From the NCBI GenBank assembly GCA_015063985.1, contig SVTC01000011.1, forward strand, positions 6,613 to 70,612: DNA of 64,000 nt, read 5' to 3'. Of the stretch, positions 35,591 through 46,197 are shown piece after piece. The position numbers and the translations under genes were made by a program. Positions within the stretch are counted from its first letter, which is position 1, and each line of letters opens with the position of its first letter. This DNA is from Oscillospiraceae bacterium. Its GTDB lineage: Bacteria; Bacillota; Clostridia; Oscillospirales; SIG627. The notes below the pieces were generated by a model. The model worked only from the letters and a program-made list of their open reading frames with translations. It was not told the DNA's origin and searched no databases.

Positions 35591-36613
35591 TTAGTTGAAC
35601 TGCTTGAGAAAACGTACGTCGTTTTCATAGAGCAAGCGCATATCGGTAATGCCGTATTTTTTCATTACTATTCTCTCGATACCCATACCGAAGGCAAAGC
35701 CCGAATATTCCTCGGGGTCTATACCGCAGCCTCTGAGCACGTTGGGATGCACCATTCCCGCACCGAGGATCTCGATCCAGCCTTCCTTCTTGCAAAGGCT
35801 GCAGCCCTTACCGCCGCACATAAAGCAGGAGATATCTACCTCCGCGCTGGGCTCTGTAAAGGGGAAGTGATGGGGACGGAAGCGGATCCTTGTGTCCTCT
35901 CCGAAGAGGGTCTTGGCAAAAAGCTCCAAGGTGCCCTTAAGATCACCCATAGTGATTCCCTTGTCCACCACAAGACCCTCCATCTGATGGAACATTGGAG
36001 AGTGAGTGGCATCGACCGCATCGGAGCGGTATACTCTGCCGGGAGAGATTATTCTGATGGGGGGCTTTTGCTTTTCCATAGTTCTTACCTGAACTGTGGA
36101 GGTCTGTGAACGCAAAAGCACCTTGCTGTTGATATAGAAGGTGTCCTGAGCATCTCTTGCGGGGTGTCCCTCGGGAGTGTTCAGCGCCTCAAAGTTATAG
36201 TAATCGTATTCTACCTCGGGGCCGTCGGCAACGTCAAAGCCCATACCGATAAATATGTTCTCCAGCTCCTCCGTAACGGCAGCAATGGGATGTCTTGAGC
36301 CGAGAGTTCTGATGGAGGCGGGAGCGGTAACGTCGATAGCCTCATCAAGAAGCTTCTTCGCCAAGCCCTCTTGGGCAAGGATCTCCTTCTTTGCTCCTAT
36401 CTTTGCCTCAATGGAAGCCCTCACCTCGTTTACGAGCTTTCCCATTACAGGTCTTTCCTCTGCACTGAGACTGCCCATGGATCTGAGTATTGCGGTAAGC
36501 TCACCCTTTTTTCCCAGATATTTTACTCTGAGCGCTTCAATGCCCTCATTGTCTGCCACCAAAGCGATCTCACTGTCTAAAGCCGCTTCGATTGCCAAAA
36601 GCTTTTCCTTCAT
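35591..36613 (-). CDS. pheS: Phenylalanine--tRNA ligase alpha subunit
   Basis: It carries the class II aaRS motifs ([34 protein letters not shown]). Confidence 0.92.
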   Translation of the reverse strand: MKEKLLAIEAALDSEIALVADNEGIEALRVKYLGKKGELTAILRSMGSLSAEERPVMGKLVNEVRASIEAKIGAKKEILAQEGLAKKLLDEAIDVTAPASIRTLGSRHPIAAVTEELENIFIGMGFDVADGPEVEYDYYNFEALNTPEGHPARDAQDTFYINSKVLLRSQTSTVQVRTMEKQKPPIRIISPGRVYRSDAVDATHSPMFHQMEGLVVDKGITMGDLKGTLELFAKTLFGEDTRIRFRPHHFPFTEPSAEVDISCFMCGGKGCSLCKKEGWIEILGAGMVHPNVLRGCGIDPEEYSGFAFGMGIERIVMKKYGITDMRLLYENDVRFLKQFN

Positions 36614-36699
36614 TTTTTATTTTTCCTTTCCGTTTATTTTTCATTGTTTTATGGTTTACATAACTACAGTTATCACAGTTTATGTACACCCGCAAGCGG

Positions 36700-36972
36700 G
36701 CTAAAAAATAAGATCCGTCACCCAAAACGGGACGACGGATCGTTTAACCACCCATTTTAAGCAGAACCCAACAGTTCCCGATCCGATAACGGGGATCATC
36801 CGAAAGGAGCTACTTTGATTTCACACCTTTGACTCCGAAGGGAAAGGCTTTGCAAAAAACCCGATCTCTTTCCACCGCCGAGATCTCTCTGTAGAGCTTT
36901 TGGCTTGCATCGCCGACTTCATCAACGCCTTTATATTGAGAATATTTTACACCCTTTTTTCACGTTTGTCAA
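36700..36972 (-). promoter_or_regulatory. Promoter plus T-box leader (Phe) with intrinsic terminator upstream of pheS
   Basis: The promoter is TTGACA (36967-36972), 17-nt spacer, TAAAAT (36944-36949). The leader contains AGAGAG and GGTGGAAAG stem-I elements and a candidate UUC specifier in CCCUUCGGAG. The T-box sequence AAUGGGUGGUUAAACG overlaps the terminator gatccgtcgtccc/gggtgacggatc, which is followed by a U-run (36700-36741). Confidence 0.8.
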
Positions 36973-36991
36973 TAGTTTTTTCACTAAAGGC

Positions 36992-37918
36992 TTACTCGCT
37001 CGCCAATTCCTCCATAAAAATATAGCTGTAGCCCTCGGCTTTAAGGAGTTTTGCCATTGTAAATATCTTCTCGGCATAGTCGGGCTGATAATAAGAGTAG
37101 TCGCTGTAAAAATACTGCTCGTGATTTCCTATTATTATAAATTCTCTTGAAGCGATCTTTTTAAGCTCGGCTTCAAGATCAATAAGCTTGGTGCTGTTCA
37201 ACACAAGCTGAGCGGAATTTTTAAAGCGCATTCCGGTCTTTTCATCAAGCACGGTTTTGGTATTATCGAATATAGCCTCATACTGCTCATCGGTGATATG
37301 GTTATAACCGCAGATGGTATTATCCACCACCTTGTTTTCATAGCGCCTTGTAAAGAGCATCGTCTCCGGCTGACGGTTTTGGCTGATTCTTTCTCTGAAA
37401 GCCTTCGGCACGTCCGAAAGATCCTCTGCCGCGGGGCGCTTTTCTCCGTAGGTGGCATAGGTTATCTTAACACCGCAATCCTTCAAAGCCATTATTCCCT
37501 CTCGGCTTGTGGGAGCAAAATGAGGCACCACTCCCACCGCAAGGCTTTTTTCTCCGGCAAAACGCTTTATCTCACCGGTTATAAGCTTATAATGAGACGA
37601 AACCTCATCATAGGGAGAATTTACGTATGGAAAAATGGGGAATTCCGCATAAGCGTGAAAGGCAAGCTTCAACCAATCGGAATTTTGCTCCCATTCGGCT
37701 TTGTATTCATCAGTCATTTCCGCCAAAGTGAAGCTGTCGTCGCCGTAAAACGGCGAGGTGGAGTAAAAAAGATTAAGCTGAACCTTAAGAGAATATTCCT
37801 CGTGAGCTTTTTTAAGAACCGCGAGAAAGCCGTTGTCAAAAAGACTTTTCGGCTTTTGTCTTGTCAGGTCTCTCATCAACCAAATAACGTCATCAATAAA
37901 AAACTGCACCTTTTTCAT
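36992..37918 (-). CDS. Hypothetical protein (last gene of the ttcA-lnt-recD2 string)
   Basis: A 308-aa ORF. Its ATG at 37918 lies 1 nt after the recD2 stop. I recognise no confident motif. Confidence 0.6.
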   Translation of the reverse strand: MKKVQFFIDDVIWLMRDLTRQKPKSLFDNGFLAVLKKAHEEYSLKVQLNLFYSTSPFYGDDSFTLAEMTDEYKAEWEQNSDWLKLAFHAYAEFPIFPYVNSPYDEVSSHYKLITGEIKRFAGEKSLAVGVVPHFAPTSREGIMALKDCGVKITYATYGEKRPAAEDLSDVPKAFRERISQNRQPETMLFTRRYENKVVDNTICGYNHITDEQYEAIFDNTKTVLDEKTGMRFKNSAQLVLNSTKLIDLEAELKKIASREFIIIGNHEQYFYSDYSYYQPDYAEKIFTMAKLLKAEGYSYIFMEELASE

Positions 37919-37919
37919 T

Positions 37920-40142
37920 TTAAAGCTCCTTTCCCAGTCCCGTGTATCTGGAAGCAATTCTGTCTGTATCTACCATTCTGTTCACCGATTCGCTGTTTCC
38001 CACCAATATCACCATCTTTTGAGCTCTGGTTATGGCAGTATAGAGAAGATTTCTCGTGGCAAGCATTCTCGAGGGCTCGAACACGGGCATTATAACAATG
38101 GGATATTCACTGCCCTGAGCCTTGTGGACCGTTATTGCCCAGGCGTGCTCAAGCTCGTCAAGAGAGGAAAACTCATAATCGCAGATCCTGGAATCGAAGT
38201 TTACCGTCATCAGCTCCTCCTCCGTATCTATGGCGATAACCGTTCCTATATCTCCGTTAAAAACTCCCGCCCCCTCCTTATCGGGATCCTCCTCAAGATA
38301 CCAGCCAAGATCGTAATTATTTGTGATCTGCATTACCTTATCGCCCACTCTGAATATTCTATCCCTGCTTTTATGCTCTTTTTTAAAGGGATCGGGGGGA
38401 TTCAGAGTATTCTGCAGCACCGCATTCAGATTATAGGTACCAAGCTCACCCTTTCTCGTGCAGGAAAGTATCTGCACGCCCTCCATAACCTCTGCGCCGT
38501 AGGTGTTTTTCAGCCTCGAGGCGCAAAGCTCCACCACAGTGGCAAGGGTTGCCGCGGAGGACTTTCTCTCCATTATGAAAAAGTCGCCGTTCTTATCGCT
38601 TTTTTGGGGATATTCGCCCTTGTTTATTCTGTGGGCATTCACTATTATGGCGCTTTCACTGGCTTGACGGAAAACGGTATCCAGCCTGCAAACGGGATAT
38701 CTTCGGCAAGCGATCATATCCCTCAGCACGTCTCCCGCGCCAACGCTGGGGAGCTGATCCGAATCTCCGATAAGTATAAGTCTCGTTCCGGGCTTAAGAG
38801 CAGACAAAAGAGAGCTGAACAAAAACACGTCTATCATACTGACCTCGTCAACTATGACAACGTCGCTGTCCAGAGGATTATCCTCGCCTCTGAAGAATTT
38901 CGGCTCGTCGGCTTCGGAAAACTCCATTTCCAGAAGTCTGTGCACGGTCTTGGCATTGGCTTGGGTAGCCTCACTCATTCTTTTTGCCGCCCTTCCCGTG
39001 GGTGCCGCAAGACTCACCCTTAAGCCAAGACGCAAAAATATCTTCAGCGCCGCTCTTATTATGGTGGTCTTTCCCGTTCCGGGACCGCCGGTGATGATGG
39101 TCAGGGAATTGTTTATTGCGGAAATGATCGCCTTCTTCTGTGCCGCCGCATAGCTTATACCGTCCTCAAGCTGTATCTCCTCGATAAGCCCCTCCGCGCC
39201 AACCACGGAGCCGTAGAGATCTATGGCCTTTAACAGCTCCAGCTTTTTAATGCAATTATTTTCAGCCTCAAAGGCTCTTTTGGTATATACCGCCGCCTGA
39301 CCCTCTACTCTTTGCATAACAAGTCTGCCCATATTGCAAAGCCTTGTAACGGCATCCTCCACCAAAGCATCCTCCACGCCCAGAAGCCTTGCCGCCCCTT
39401 CGCAGAGGCTTTCGTAGGGCAGATAAACGTGACCGTTGGACGTGGAATTGTAATTTAAGAGGTATATTATACCCGACTCTATCCTACCGGGCGCATCGGG
39501 ACTTACTCCCATACTCATAGCAAGCTTATCCGCGCGCTCAAAGCCGATGCCGTGTATCTCCTCGCAAAGCAGATACGGATTGGTCTTTATTATCTCCACC
39601 GCATTGCTTCCGAAGCACTTAAATATTTTCATCGAGGTGTTGGGGCCGAAATAATCCCCGAAGAACATCATAACGTTTCTCAGCCCAAACTGCTCTCTGA
39701 AGCTTTTGCAGATAGCGTCCGCCTTCTCTCGGGATATTCCCCTTACAGTACTCAAAAGCTCGGGGGAATTTTCCAACACGTCAAAGCTCGTGTCGCCGAA
39801 TTGATCCACAATGCGCTTTGCCGTTTTGGGCCCAACGCCCTTTATTGCTCTGCTTGAAAGATACTTTAATATCCCGTCGGTGTTGTGCGGTATCACAAGC
39901 TCAAAAATACTAACGGAAAACTGCCTGCCGTAAACGGGATGGGTCACCCACTTTCCCATCAGGCTGACCTCGTTGCCAAGCCTCAGCCCGGGCATTATAC
40001 CCACCACGGTAAGGGGCTCCTTCTCCCATTCTATCACCGCCACGGTATAACCGTTCTCGTCGTTGCGGTATACTATCTCCTCGATAGCACCCTCTATTTT
40101 TATTAAATCATCTCTGTTGAGAGGAAGATCTTCGTTTCTCAT
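37920..40142 (-). CDS. recD2: RecD2-type SF1B ATP-dependent DNA helicase
   Basis: Walker A GGPGTGKTT, DEVSMID (motif II), a helix-hairpin-helix N-terminal region, and the C-terminal motifs AITVHKAQGSE and LLYTAITRA. Confidence 0.88.
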   Translation of the reverse strand: MRNEDLPLNRDDLIKIEGAIEEIVYRNDENGYTVAVIEWEKEPLTVVGIMPGLRLGNEVSLMGKWVTHPVYGRQFSVSIFELVIPHNTDGILKYLSSRAIKGVGPKTAKRIVDQFGDTSFDVLENSPELLSTVRGISREKADAICKSFREQFGLRNVMMFFGDYFGPNTSMKIFKCFGSNAVEIIKTNPYLLCEEIHGIGFERADKLAMSMGVSPDAPGRIESGIIYLLNYNSTSNGHVYLPYESLCEGAARLLGVEDALVEDAVTRLCNMGRLVMQRVEGQAAVYTKRAFEAENNCIKKLELLKAIDLYGSVVGAEGLIEEIQLEDGISYAAAQKKAIISAINNSLTIITGGPGTGKTTIIRAALKIFLRLGLRVSLAAPTGRAAKRMSEATQANAKTVHRLLEMEFSEADEPKFFRGEDNPLDSDVVIVDEVSMIDVFLFSSLLSALKPGTRLILIGDSDQLPSVGAGDVLRDMIACRRYPVCRLDTVFRQASESAIIVNAHRINKGEYPQKSDKNGDFFIMERKSSAATLATVVELCASRLKNTYGAEVMEGVQILSCTRKGELGTYNLNAVLQNTLNPPDPFKKEHKSRDRIFRVGDKVMQITNNYDLGWYLEEDPDKEGAGVFNGDIGTVIAIDTEEELMTVNFDSRICDYEFSSLDELEHAWAITVHKAQGSEYPIVIMPVFEPSRMLATRNLLYTAITRAQKMVILVGNSESVNRMVDTDRIASRYTGLGKEL

Positions 40143-41694
40143 AAATCCTATCCCTTAAGTTATATACGGCAGCAAATACCACTGCGCCAATACAAAACAA
40201 ACCCAGCGGAAGATCGCCCCACAGCGTGTAGAGGCTCATATCGTCCCTGACCTCGGCACTGTCAGTCAATACTCCCGCCTTCATAGCCCCCAGAACCGAG
40301 CTGCATTCTCCCTTTGGAGTTATAAAGGCGCTTATGCCCGAGTTTGCGCTTATCACAACGCTTCTTCGATTCTCCACCGCCCTGAAAACACTCTGTGCAA
40401 GATGCTGAGTCGTAGCCGCACTGTCCTTGAACCAGGAATCGTTGGTGCAAAGCACTATCAGCTCCGCAGAATCCTCCGCCGCATCCCTTGCCAGCGGCGC
40501 AAAGGCGGAATCAAAGCACACCAATGCTCCCACCTTCACTCCGGCCGCCTCGAACACCGCACTGTCCTCTCCCGGAGCAAGATCGGAGGAAAGCTGATTT
40601 ATCTGCGTGAGAAAGGGCGCCACCACCGAAAGAACCTCTCTGAAGGGCAGATACTCTCCGAAGGGAACAAGATGCCTCTTTGAATACCTCCCCGTGATGC
40701 CGCTTTCATCAAAGCCCAGCACAGAGTTTTGCTGCCTTCCGTCCTCGGAACGGGTAAAGGCTCCCACCACAAGCTCACTGTCCGTAACGATGCTTACGTA
40801 GCTGTAAAGCTCGGCGTAGTAGCTCCCGTCCTCCACCAAAACGGGCAGAGCCGTTTCGGGCAGAATTATCAGATCACTGCCTTCAATGTCAAAGGCGGTA
40901 TCAATATAGGCGGAATATATTTTATCAAAGCTATCGGCCTGCCATTTTTCTCCCGAAAGGATATTTCCCTGAACCGTGCTTATCTTCACCTCGCCCTTGC
41001 CCTCTCCGATACACAGTCCATAGACGGCACCGAAGGCAAGGTTTGATATCAGAACAGAGGCCGCGGTAACGGCAAGAGCGGCTTTTTTCAGCTTCAGCCC
41101 CATAGCTCCGCAGCAGCTTATAAATACGGTGATAAAGCTTACGAAAAGGCTTCCGAAAAGGCTCGCGCTTTGAATGTAGGGCGTAAAAGTATATTGCCCT
41201 ACGGATATTCTCGACCAGGGAAAGCCCAATCCCCCCTGCTCCAGCAGAAGCTCAGCAAGCATCCAAAGCGACGCCGTTACAAGGGCGGTCAGAAGACCCC
41301 CTCTTTTTTTGCAGATAAGCCCCGCTACGGGAAATAGGGCTCCGCAGATGGCACTGTGCAACGCACTGAGCGCCAACCACGCAAGAACAAGCATTAAAAG
41401 CGTAAGCAAGGGCGGAAAGCCCACGGTCTCCAAGGGGTACATACTTATAAGAAAGCTGTAAACCGTCAGCTCGTAGCCGAAAAAGAAGAAAAATCCGCAG
41501 GAATAGCCCCTCTTCGGCGTGGCAAAAAAGAGATAAAAGCCCCAAAAGAGCCCCAAAAAGCTGAGCACGAAAAGCTGAGGTATCACCAAGGGCAGGGCGG
41601 CGACTATGCCGCACAGCAGCATGGCGCATCTTTTATGGCGACAAGCCGCTTCAAGGATCCTTTTCAAGAGAATTCTCCTTCCCGAAGCCGTCAA
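40108..41694 (-). CDS. lnt: Apolipoprotein N-acyltransferase-like protein (polytopic N-terminus plus CN-hydrolase domain)
   Basis: A multi-TM N-terminal half is followed by nitrilase-superfamily E-K-C residues in LIILPETALP, YSKRHLVPFGEYLP and LVCFDSAF. The exact start is uncertain (41694 or an internal ATG near 41622). Confidence 0.7.
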   Translation of the reverse strand: MTASGRRILLKRILEAACRHKRCAMLLCGIVAALPLVIPQLFVLSFLGLFWGFYLFFATPKRGYSCGFFFFFGYELTVYSFLISMYPLETVGFPPLLTLLMLVLAWLALSALHSAICGALFPVAGLICKKRGGLLTALVTASLWMLAELLLEQGGLGFPWSRISVGQYTFTPYIQSASLFGSLFVSFITVFISCCGAMGLKLKKAALAVTAASVLISNLAFGAVYGLCIGEGKGEVKISTVQGNILSGEKWQADSFDKIYSAYIDTAFDIEGSDLIILPETALPVLVEDGSYYAELYSYVSIVTDSELVVGAFTRSEDGRQQNSVLGFDESGITGRYSKRHLVPFGEYLPFREVLSVVAPFLTQINQLSSDLAPGEDSAVFEAAGVKVGALVCFDSAFAPLARDAAEDSAELIVLCTNDSWFKDSAATTQHLAQSVFRAVENRRSVVISANSGISAFITPKGECSSVLGAMKAGVLTDSAEVRDDMSLYTLWGDLPLGLFCIGAVVFAAVYNLRDRIYEKRRSSSQQR

Positions 41695-42403
41695 GACCTC
41701 CTCTTGATATAGCTCCGAATATTTTTGATTTTATGTCTCTGTTGTCCCTTTCAAGCTGAAGGATAAGCTTTTTCATTTCCTCCCTGCGGGTGTTTTTGTC
41801 GGCGGGACAGGTGCTTTTTACAACGGGAAGACAAGCCTTCTTAATAAAGCCCGTCAACTCCTTCTCCCGCACGTATATCATCGGTCTTATCTGTGTAATG
41901 CCGCTTTTTTCAAGATGGGTCACGGGACTGAAGGTGCCGAGCCTGCCGCCGTAGAAAAGATTGAGCATAAAGGTGTCTATAACGTCGTCGCAGTGATGCC
42001 CCAGGGCAAGCTTGTTGCATCCGAGACGTGCCGCCGCCTTATTTATGGCTCCGCGGCGCATCTTTGAGCAAAGGGAGCAGGGGTTCTTTTCCTTACGGTT
42101 TTCAAATATCACCGATGCAATGGCAGTATGCTCCACGCGATACTCCACCCCCAGCTTTTTACAGAATTCATCTATGGGAGAAAAATCCATCGGCTCCGAA
42201 AAGCCCATATCAACGGTCAACGCAACAAGAGAATAGCTTTTGGGATAGAACTCCCTCATTGCGGCAAGAGCACACAGAAGCGCCAGCGAATCCTTTCCGC
42301 CGCTTATGCCCACCGCTATTTTGTCGCCGTCTTCTATCATTTCATAGGCGTCCGTTGCGCTTCGCACCAGACTCATCAGCCTTTGTAAGGTCATATATTG
42401 CAC
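41651..42403 (-). CDS. PP-loop ATPase, TtcA-like tRNA thiolation enzyme
   Basis: The PP-loop VGISGGKDSLAL together with the cysteine motifs CSLCSKMRRG and STCP. Confidence 0.7.
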   Translation of the reverse strand: MQYMTLQRLMSLVRSATDAYEMIEDGDKIAVGISGGKDSLALLCALAAMREFYPKSYSLVALTVDMGFSEPMDFSPIDEFCKKLGVEYRVEHTAIASVIFENRKEKNPCSLCSKMRRGAINKAAARLGCNKLALGHHCDDVIDTFMLNLFYGGRLGTFSPVTHLEKSGITQIRPMIYVREKELTGFIKKACLPVVKSTCPADKNTRREEMKKLILQLERDNRDIKSKIFGAISRGGLDGFGKENSLEKDP

Positions 42404-42548
42404 CCTTCTACCATTCTAATAAAGATATTATACATTATATTGTATGGTATTGCAAGATGTTTTTTGTGATATCAAAACTTAGAACAAGCGAGAAAACAAA
42501 AGAAAACGAGAGAAAATAAAAGAAAATAAAAAATATTTTAAAAACCTA

Positions 42549-42577
42549 TTGACAAAAACAAAAGTATGGGGTATAAT
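42549..42577 (+). promoter_or_regulatory. Consensus SigA-type promoter for rplM-rpsI
   Basis: TTGACA (42549-42554), 17-nt spacer, TATAAT (42572-42577). Confidence 0.65.
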
Positions 42578-42610
42578 AACGCCCGTATTAAAGATATCGG
42601 AGGAATAACT

Positions 42611-43036
42611 ATGTCCACATTTATGGCAAAAGCCGAGACAATCGAGCGTAAGTGGTACGTTCTGGACGCTGCAGGCAAGCCCCTTGGTAAGCTTGCTGTT
42701 GCTGCTGCAAACATTCTCCGCGGCAAGCACCGTCCCGAGTTCACCCCCCACGTAGATTGCGGCGAATACGTTATCGTCATCAATGCTTCCAAGGCAGTTC
42801 TTACCGGAAAGAAGCTTGAGCAGAAGAAGTATTACTATCACACCGGATACATCGGCGGACTGAAGACCGTCAGCTACAAGGATATGATGAAGAACAACCC
42901 CGAGAAGGCAGTTACTCTCGCCATCAAGGGAATGCTTCCTCACAACTCCATCGGCGACAAGAGCCTCACCCGTCTGAGAGTGTTCGCAGGCGACACACAC
43001 AACCTTCAGGCACAGAAGCCTGTTGAGCTGAACTGA
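42611..43036 (+). CDS. rplM: 50S ribosomal protein L13
   Basis: The start [20 protein letters not shown] follows GGAGG. The sequence is typical L13. Confidence 0.93.
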   Translation: MSTFMAKAETIERKWYVLDAAGKPLGKLAVAAANILRGKHRPEFTPHVDCGEYVIVINASKAVLTGKKLEQKKYYYHTGYIGGLKTVSYKDMMKNNPEKAVTLAIKGMLPHNSIGDKSLTRLRVFAGDTHNLQAQKPVELN

Positions 43037-43053
43037 GTTAGGGGGATATTTAG

Positions 43054-43461
43054 ATGAATTACGCAAGCGCAAAGCCTTATTTCTACGGCACAGGCAGAAG
43101 AAAGAAATCCGTAGCACGCGTTCGCATCTACCCCGGCACAGGTGCGATCACCATCAATAAGAGAGATATCGACGACTACTTCGGTCTCGAGACTCTGAAG
43201 CTCATCGTTCGTCAGCCCTTCGAACTCACCGACACAATGGGTAAGTTTGATGTTATCTGCAACGTATGCGGCGGCGGAATCTCCGGCCAGGCAGGCGCTA
43301 TCCGTCACGGCATCTCCAGAGCACTTCTCCAGGCAGACGCAGAGACCTATCGCGTTACCCTCAAGAAGGCAGGCCTCTTGACCCGTGACCCCAGAATGAA
43401 GGAAAGAAAGAAGTACGGTCTCAAAGCCGCACGTCGCGCTCCTCAGTTCTCCAAGAGATAA
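43054..43461 (+). CDS. rpsI: 30S ribosomal protein S9
   Basis: [14 protein letters not shown] near the N-terminus and the C-terminal motif [17 protein letters not shown]. Confidence 0.93.
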   Translation: MNYASAKPYFYGTGRRKKSVARVRIYPGTGAITINKRDIDDYFGLETLKLIVRQPFELTDTMGKFDVICNVCGGGISGQAGAIRHGISRALLQADAETYRVTLKKAGLLTRDPRMKERKKYGLKAARRAPQFSKR

Positions 43462-43489
43462 GAAATTTACAATCTCAAAAACACACAAA

Positions 43490-43524
43490 AACCCTTGGAA
43501 ACGGCTTGTTTTCAAGGGTTTTTA
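43490..43524 (+). terminator. Terminator after rpsI
   Basis: The stem cccttggaaa/ttttcaaggg is followed by T5. Confidence 0.65.
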
Positions 43525-43674
43525 CTTTCCTCGGTCAAAAATCAAAAGGGCTAAAAACAGATCCATACCCCAAAAAACCATAATTAAAGGAAGGCTTTTA
43601 GCCTTCCTTTTTTGTTTTAATCAAAAAATTGCCGACTGATCTGCAAGCCGTTAAACAACAAGGGAAAAAGTCTC

Positions 43675-43986
43675 TCAAACAAATTTAACCGCAGTGCCGT
43701 AAACGATGACCTCAGCCGCGCCCTGCATTACCGCAGAGGAGGCGTACCTGATGTTGATCACACCGTCTGCCCCCAAAGCCTCGGCTTCCTCCACCATACG
43801 CTTGGTTGCGATGGCGCGGGCTTCGTTCATCATCTCGTTGTAAGCCTTCAGCTCACCACCGAACATAGTCTTAAAGCCCTGAGCAATATCCTTTCCCAAA
43901 TGCTTTGACTGAATGGTGCTTCCTTTCACAATGGAAAGAGTTTCCAAATTTTTTCCCGTGATAAAATCAGTAGTTACTAATATCAT
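43675..43986 (-). CDS. YbjQ/UPF0145-family protein
   Basis: MILVTTDFITGK...GADGVINIRY...VIVYGTAVKF matches the family pattern along its full length (103 aa). Confidence 0.8.
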   Translation of the reverse strand: MILVTTDFITGKNLETLSIVKGSTIQSKHLGKDIAQGFKTMFGGELKAYNEMMNEARAIATKRMVEEAEALGADGVINIRYASSAVMQGAAEVIVYGTAVKFV

Positions 43987-44167
43987 CGTCCTCACTCCTT
44001 ATTTCTTTAATTCTTTCAATGCAGGTTTTGATCGCCAGGATGGCAAAGCCCAGCGGCAGAACAGCCAGAAGATATTTTAAGATCCCGTCCACGTAAAAAA
44101 CGATCACCGAAAAGTAGACTATAAAATATATCATCATAACCAGCGCCACAACGATCGGCGCTATCAT
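43967..44167 (-). CDS. Small hydrophobic membrane protein
   Basis: There are two TM-like segments (MIAPIVVALVMMIYFIVYFSVIVFYV and LLAVLPLGFAILAIK). The start is uncertain (ATG 44167 or TTG 44188) and must lie below the gap terminator at 44240-44269. Confidence 0.45.
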   Translation of the reverse strand: MIAPIVVALVMMIYFIVYFSVIVFYVDGILKYLLAVLPLGFAILAIKTCIERIKEIRSEDDDISNY

Positions 44168-44239
44168 TTTTCTGAAATTGCTCTTCAAAACCCTCACCTC
44201 TCTGATTTTATTATAACACAGAGCTTTAAAAAAATCAAC

Positions 44240-44269
44240 AAAAAAAATCCCGCGCAAAATGCGCGGGAT
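44240..44269 (-). terminator. Terminator after gap
   Basis: The stem atcccgcgc/gcgcgggat is followed by a U-run on the minus strand. Confidence 0.75.
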
Positions 44270-44284
44270 CTGACAAAGCAAAAA

Positions 44285-45316
44285 TCAGTTGAGCTCTGCG
44301 AAGTACTTAATGGTTCTAACCATCTGAGAGGTGTAGCTGTTCTCGTTGTCGTACCAAGAAACAACCTGTACCTGATAGGTCTCGTCATCGATCTTGCTAA
44401 CCATGGTCTGAGTAGCATCGAAGAGAGAACCGAACTTCATACCGATTACGTCGGAGGAAACGATCTCGTCCTCGTTGTAACCGAAGCTCTCGGTAGCAGC
44501 AGCCTTCATTGCAGCGTTGATACCCTCAACGGTAACGTCCTGACCCTTAACAACTGCGATAAGGATGGTGGTGGAACCGGTGGGAGTGGGGATACGCTGA
44601 GCAGCGCCGATGAGCTTGCCGTTGAGCTCGGGGATAACCAGACCGATAGCCTTAGCAGCACCGGTGGAGTTGGGAACGATGTTCATAGCGCCTGCGCGAG
44701 AACGACGGAGATCGCCCTTTCTCTGGGGACCGTCAAGGATCATCTGGTCGCCGGTGTATGCGTGAACGGTGGTCATGATACCGCTCTGGATTGCTGCATA
44801 GTCGTTAAGAGCCTTAGCCATGGGAGCGAGGCAGTTGGTGGTGCAGCTTGCTGCGGAGATGATCTGATCATCTGCAGTAAGAGTATCGTGGTTGGTGTTG
44901 AAAACGATGGTCTTCAGATCCTTGCCTGCGGGAGCGGAGATAACGACCTTCTTTGCGCCTGCTTCGATGTGAGCCATGCTCTTCTCTTTGCTGGTGTAGA
45001 AACCGGTGCACTCGAGAACAACGTCAACACCGATCTTGCCCCAGGGGCAGTCAGCTGCGTTCTTCTCAGCGTAGATCTTGATCTCTTTTCCGTCAACGAT
45101 GATGGAATCCTCAGTAGCCTCTACAGTGTGCTTGCCCTCGCCGTACTTACCTGCGAAACCGCCCTGAGCGGTGTCATACTTGAGAAGGTGAGCCAGCATC
45201 TTGGGGCTGGTGAGGTCATTGATTGCAACTACGTCGTAGCCCTCTGCGTCAAACATCTGTCTGAATGCGAGACGGCCGATACGACCGAAACCGTTAATAG
45301 CAACTTTTACGGACAT
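44285..45316 (-). CDS. gap: Glyceraldehyde-3-phosphate dehydrogenase
   Basis: [13 protein letters not shown] at the N-terminus and the active-site motif SCTTNCLAP. Confidence 0.95.
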   Translation of the reverse strand: MSVKVAINGFGRIGRLAFRQMFDAEGYDVVAINDLTSPKMLAHLLKYDTAQGGFAGKYGEGKHTVEATEDSIIVDGKEIKIYAEKNAADCPWGKIGVDVVLECTGFYTSKEKSMAHIEAGAKKVVISAPAGKDLKTIVFNTNHDTLTADDQIISAASCTTNCLAPMAKALNDYAAIQSGIMTTVHAYTGDQMILDGPQRKGDLRRSRAGAMNIVPNSTGAAKAIGLVIPELNGKLIGAAQRIPTPTGSTTILIAVVKGQDVTVEGINAAMKAAATESFGYNEDEIVSSDVIGMKFGSLFDATQTMVSKIDDETYQVQVVSWYDNENSYTSQMVRTIKYFAELN

Positions 45317-45417
45317 GGTAAATTTCTCCTTTTTATTTTATAATTTTTTTACTATGTTATTGTATACCATTTTTGACAAAATTACAAGAGCTTTTTTGAA
45401 AAATTTTCAAATTCGTC

Positions 45418-46197
45418 TTAAATTTTCAATAAATTTATCGCGTTTCTTTTGGTTATATCGCACAATTCCTCCGTTGTTACCCCCTTTACCGAGGCAAGAA
45501 CGGCAAGTGTTTCGTAGCAATATCGGGAATCGTTTCTGTATTTTCTGTAGGGCACCGGTGTAAGATAGGGCGCATCCGTTTCCACCAGGATCCTATCAAG
45601 GCTCACTTCCTTAGCCGCCGCTCTCAGATTCTCCGCGTTCTTAAAGGTAACCGATCCGCTGAAGGAAACGTACCATCCGCGCCTTATCAGATCCTTTGCC
45701 ATCTCGCCGCTTCCCGAATACGAATGCACTATTCCAAAGGCATCCTTATGGCGGTATACAAAGTCCATTATATCCCCGTGCGCCTCCCTATCGTGAAGCA
45801 CTATGGGAAGCCCAAGCCTCTCGCTCAGGCAAAACATCTTCTCCAAAACCCTTTTCTGAGTCTCCCTGCTGACAAAATCGTAGTGATACTCCAATCCGCA
45901 CTCTCCCACTGCCACCGCCTTGGGATGGGCCAAAAGCTTCTCCAGCTTCTCCTCGTCGCCCTCTTGGAATTTATCCGCATCCGAGGGATGAAAGCCCAGC
46001 GCGCAGTACACAAAGGGATATCTCTCTGCCAGCTCCAATGCCCTCAGCGACGATTCCATATCCGTGGCACAGTGCATCACGTAGTCCACACCGAAGGGAT
46101 TTATCTCATCCCCTCTGCCCAGCCTTGTCAGAAGCTCGTCCCGATCCTCGTCAAAGCGCTCATCGTCGTAATGGGCGTGGGTATCGAATATTCCCAT
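45418..46197 (-). CDS. tatD: TatD-family metal-dependent hydrolase
   Basis: FDTHAHYDD at the N-terminus and the later motifs IVLHDREAH, GIVHSYSG and LVETDAPYL. The start shares one base with the metG stop. Confidence 0.85.
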   Translation of the reverse strand: MGIFDTHAHYDDERFDEDRDELLTRLGRGDEINPFGVDYVMHCATDMESSLRALELAERYPFVYCALGFHPSDADKFQEGDEEKLEKLLAHPKAVAVGECGLEYHYDFVSRETQKRVLEKMFCLSERLGLPIVLHDREAHGDIMDFVYRHKDAFGIVHSYSGSGEMAKDLIRRGWYVSFSGSVTFKNAENLRAAAKEVSLDRILVETDAPYLTPVPYRKYRNDSRYCYETLAVLASVKGVTTEELCDITKRNAINLLKI

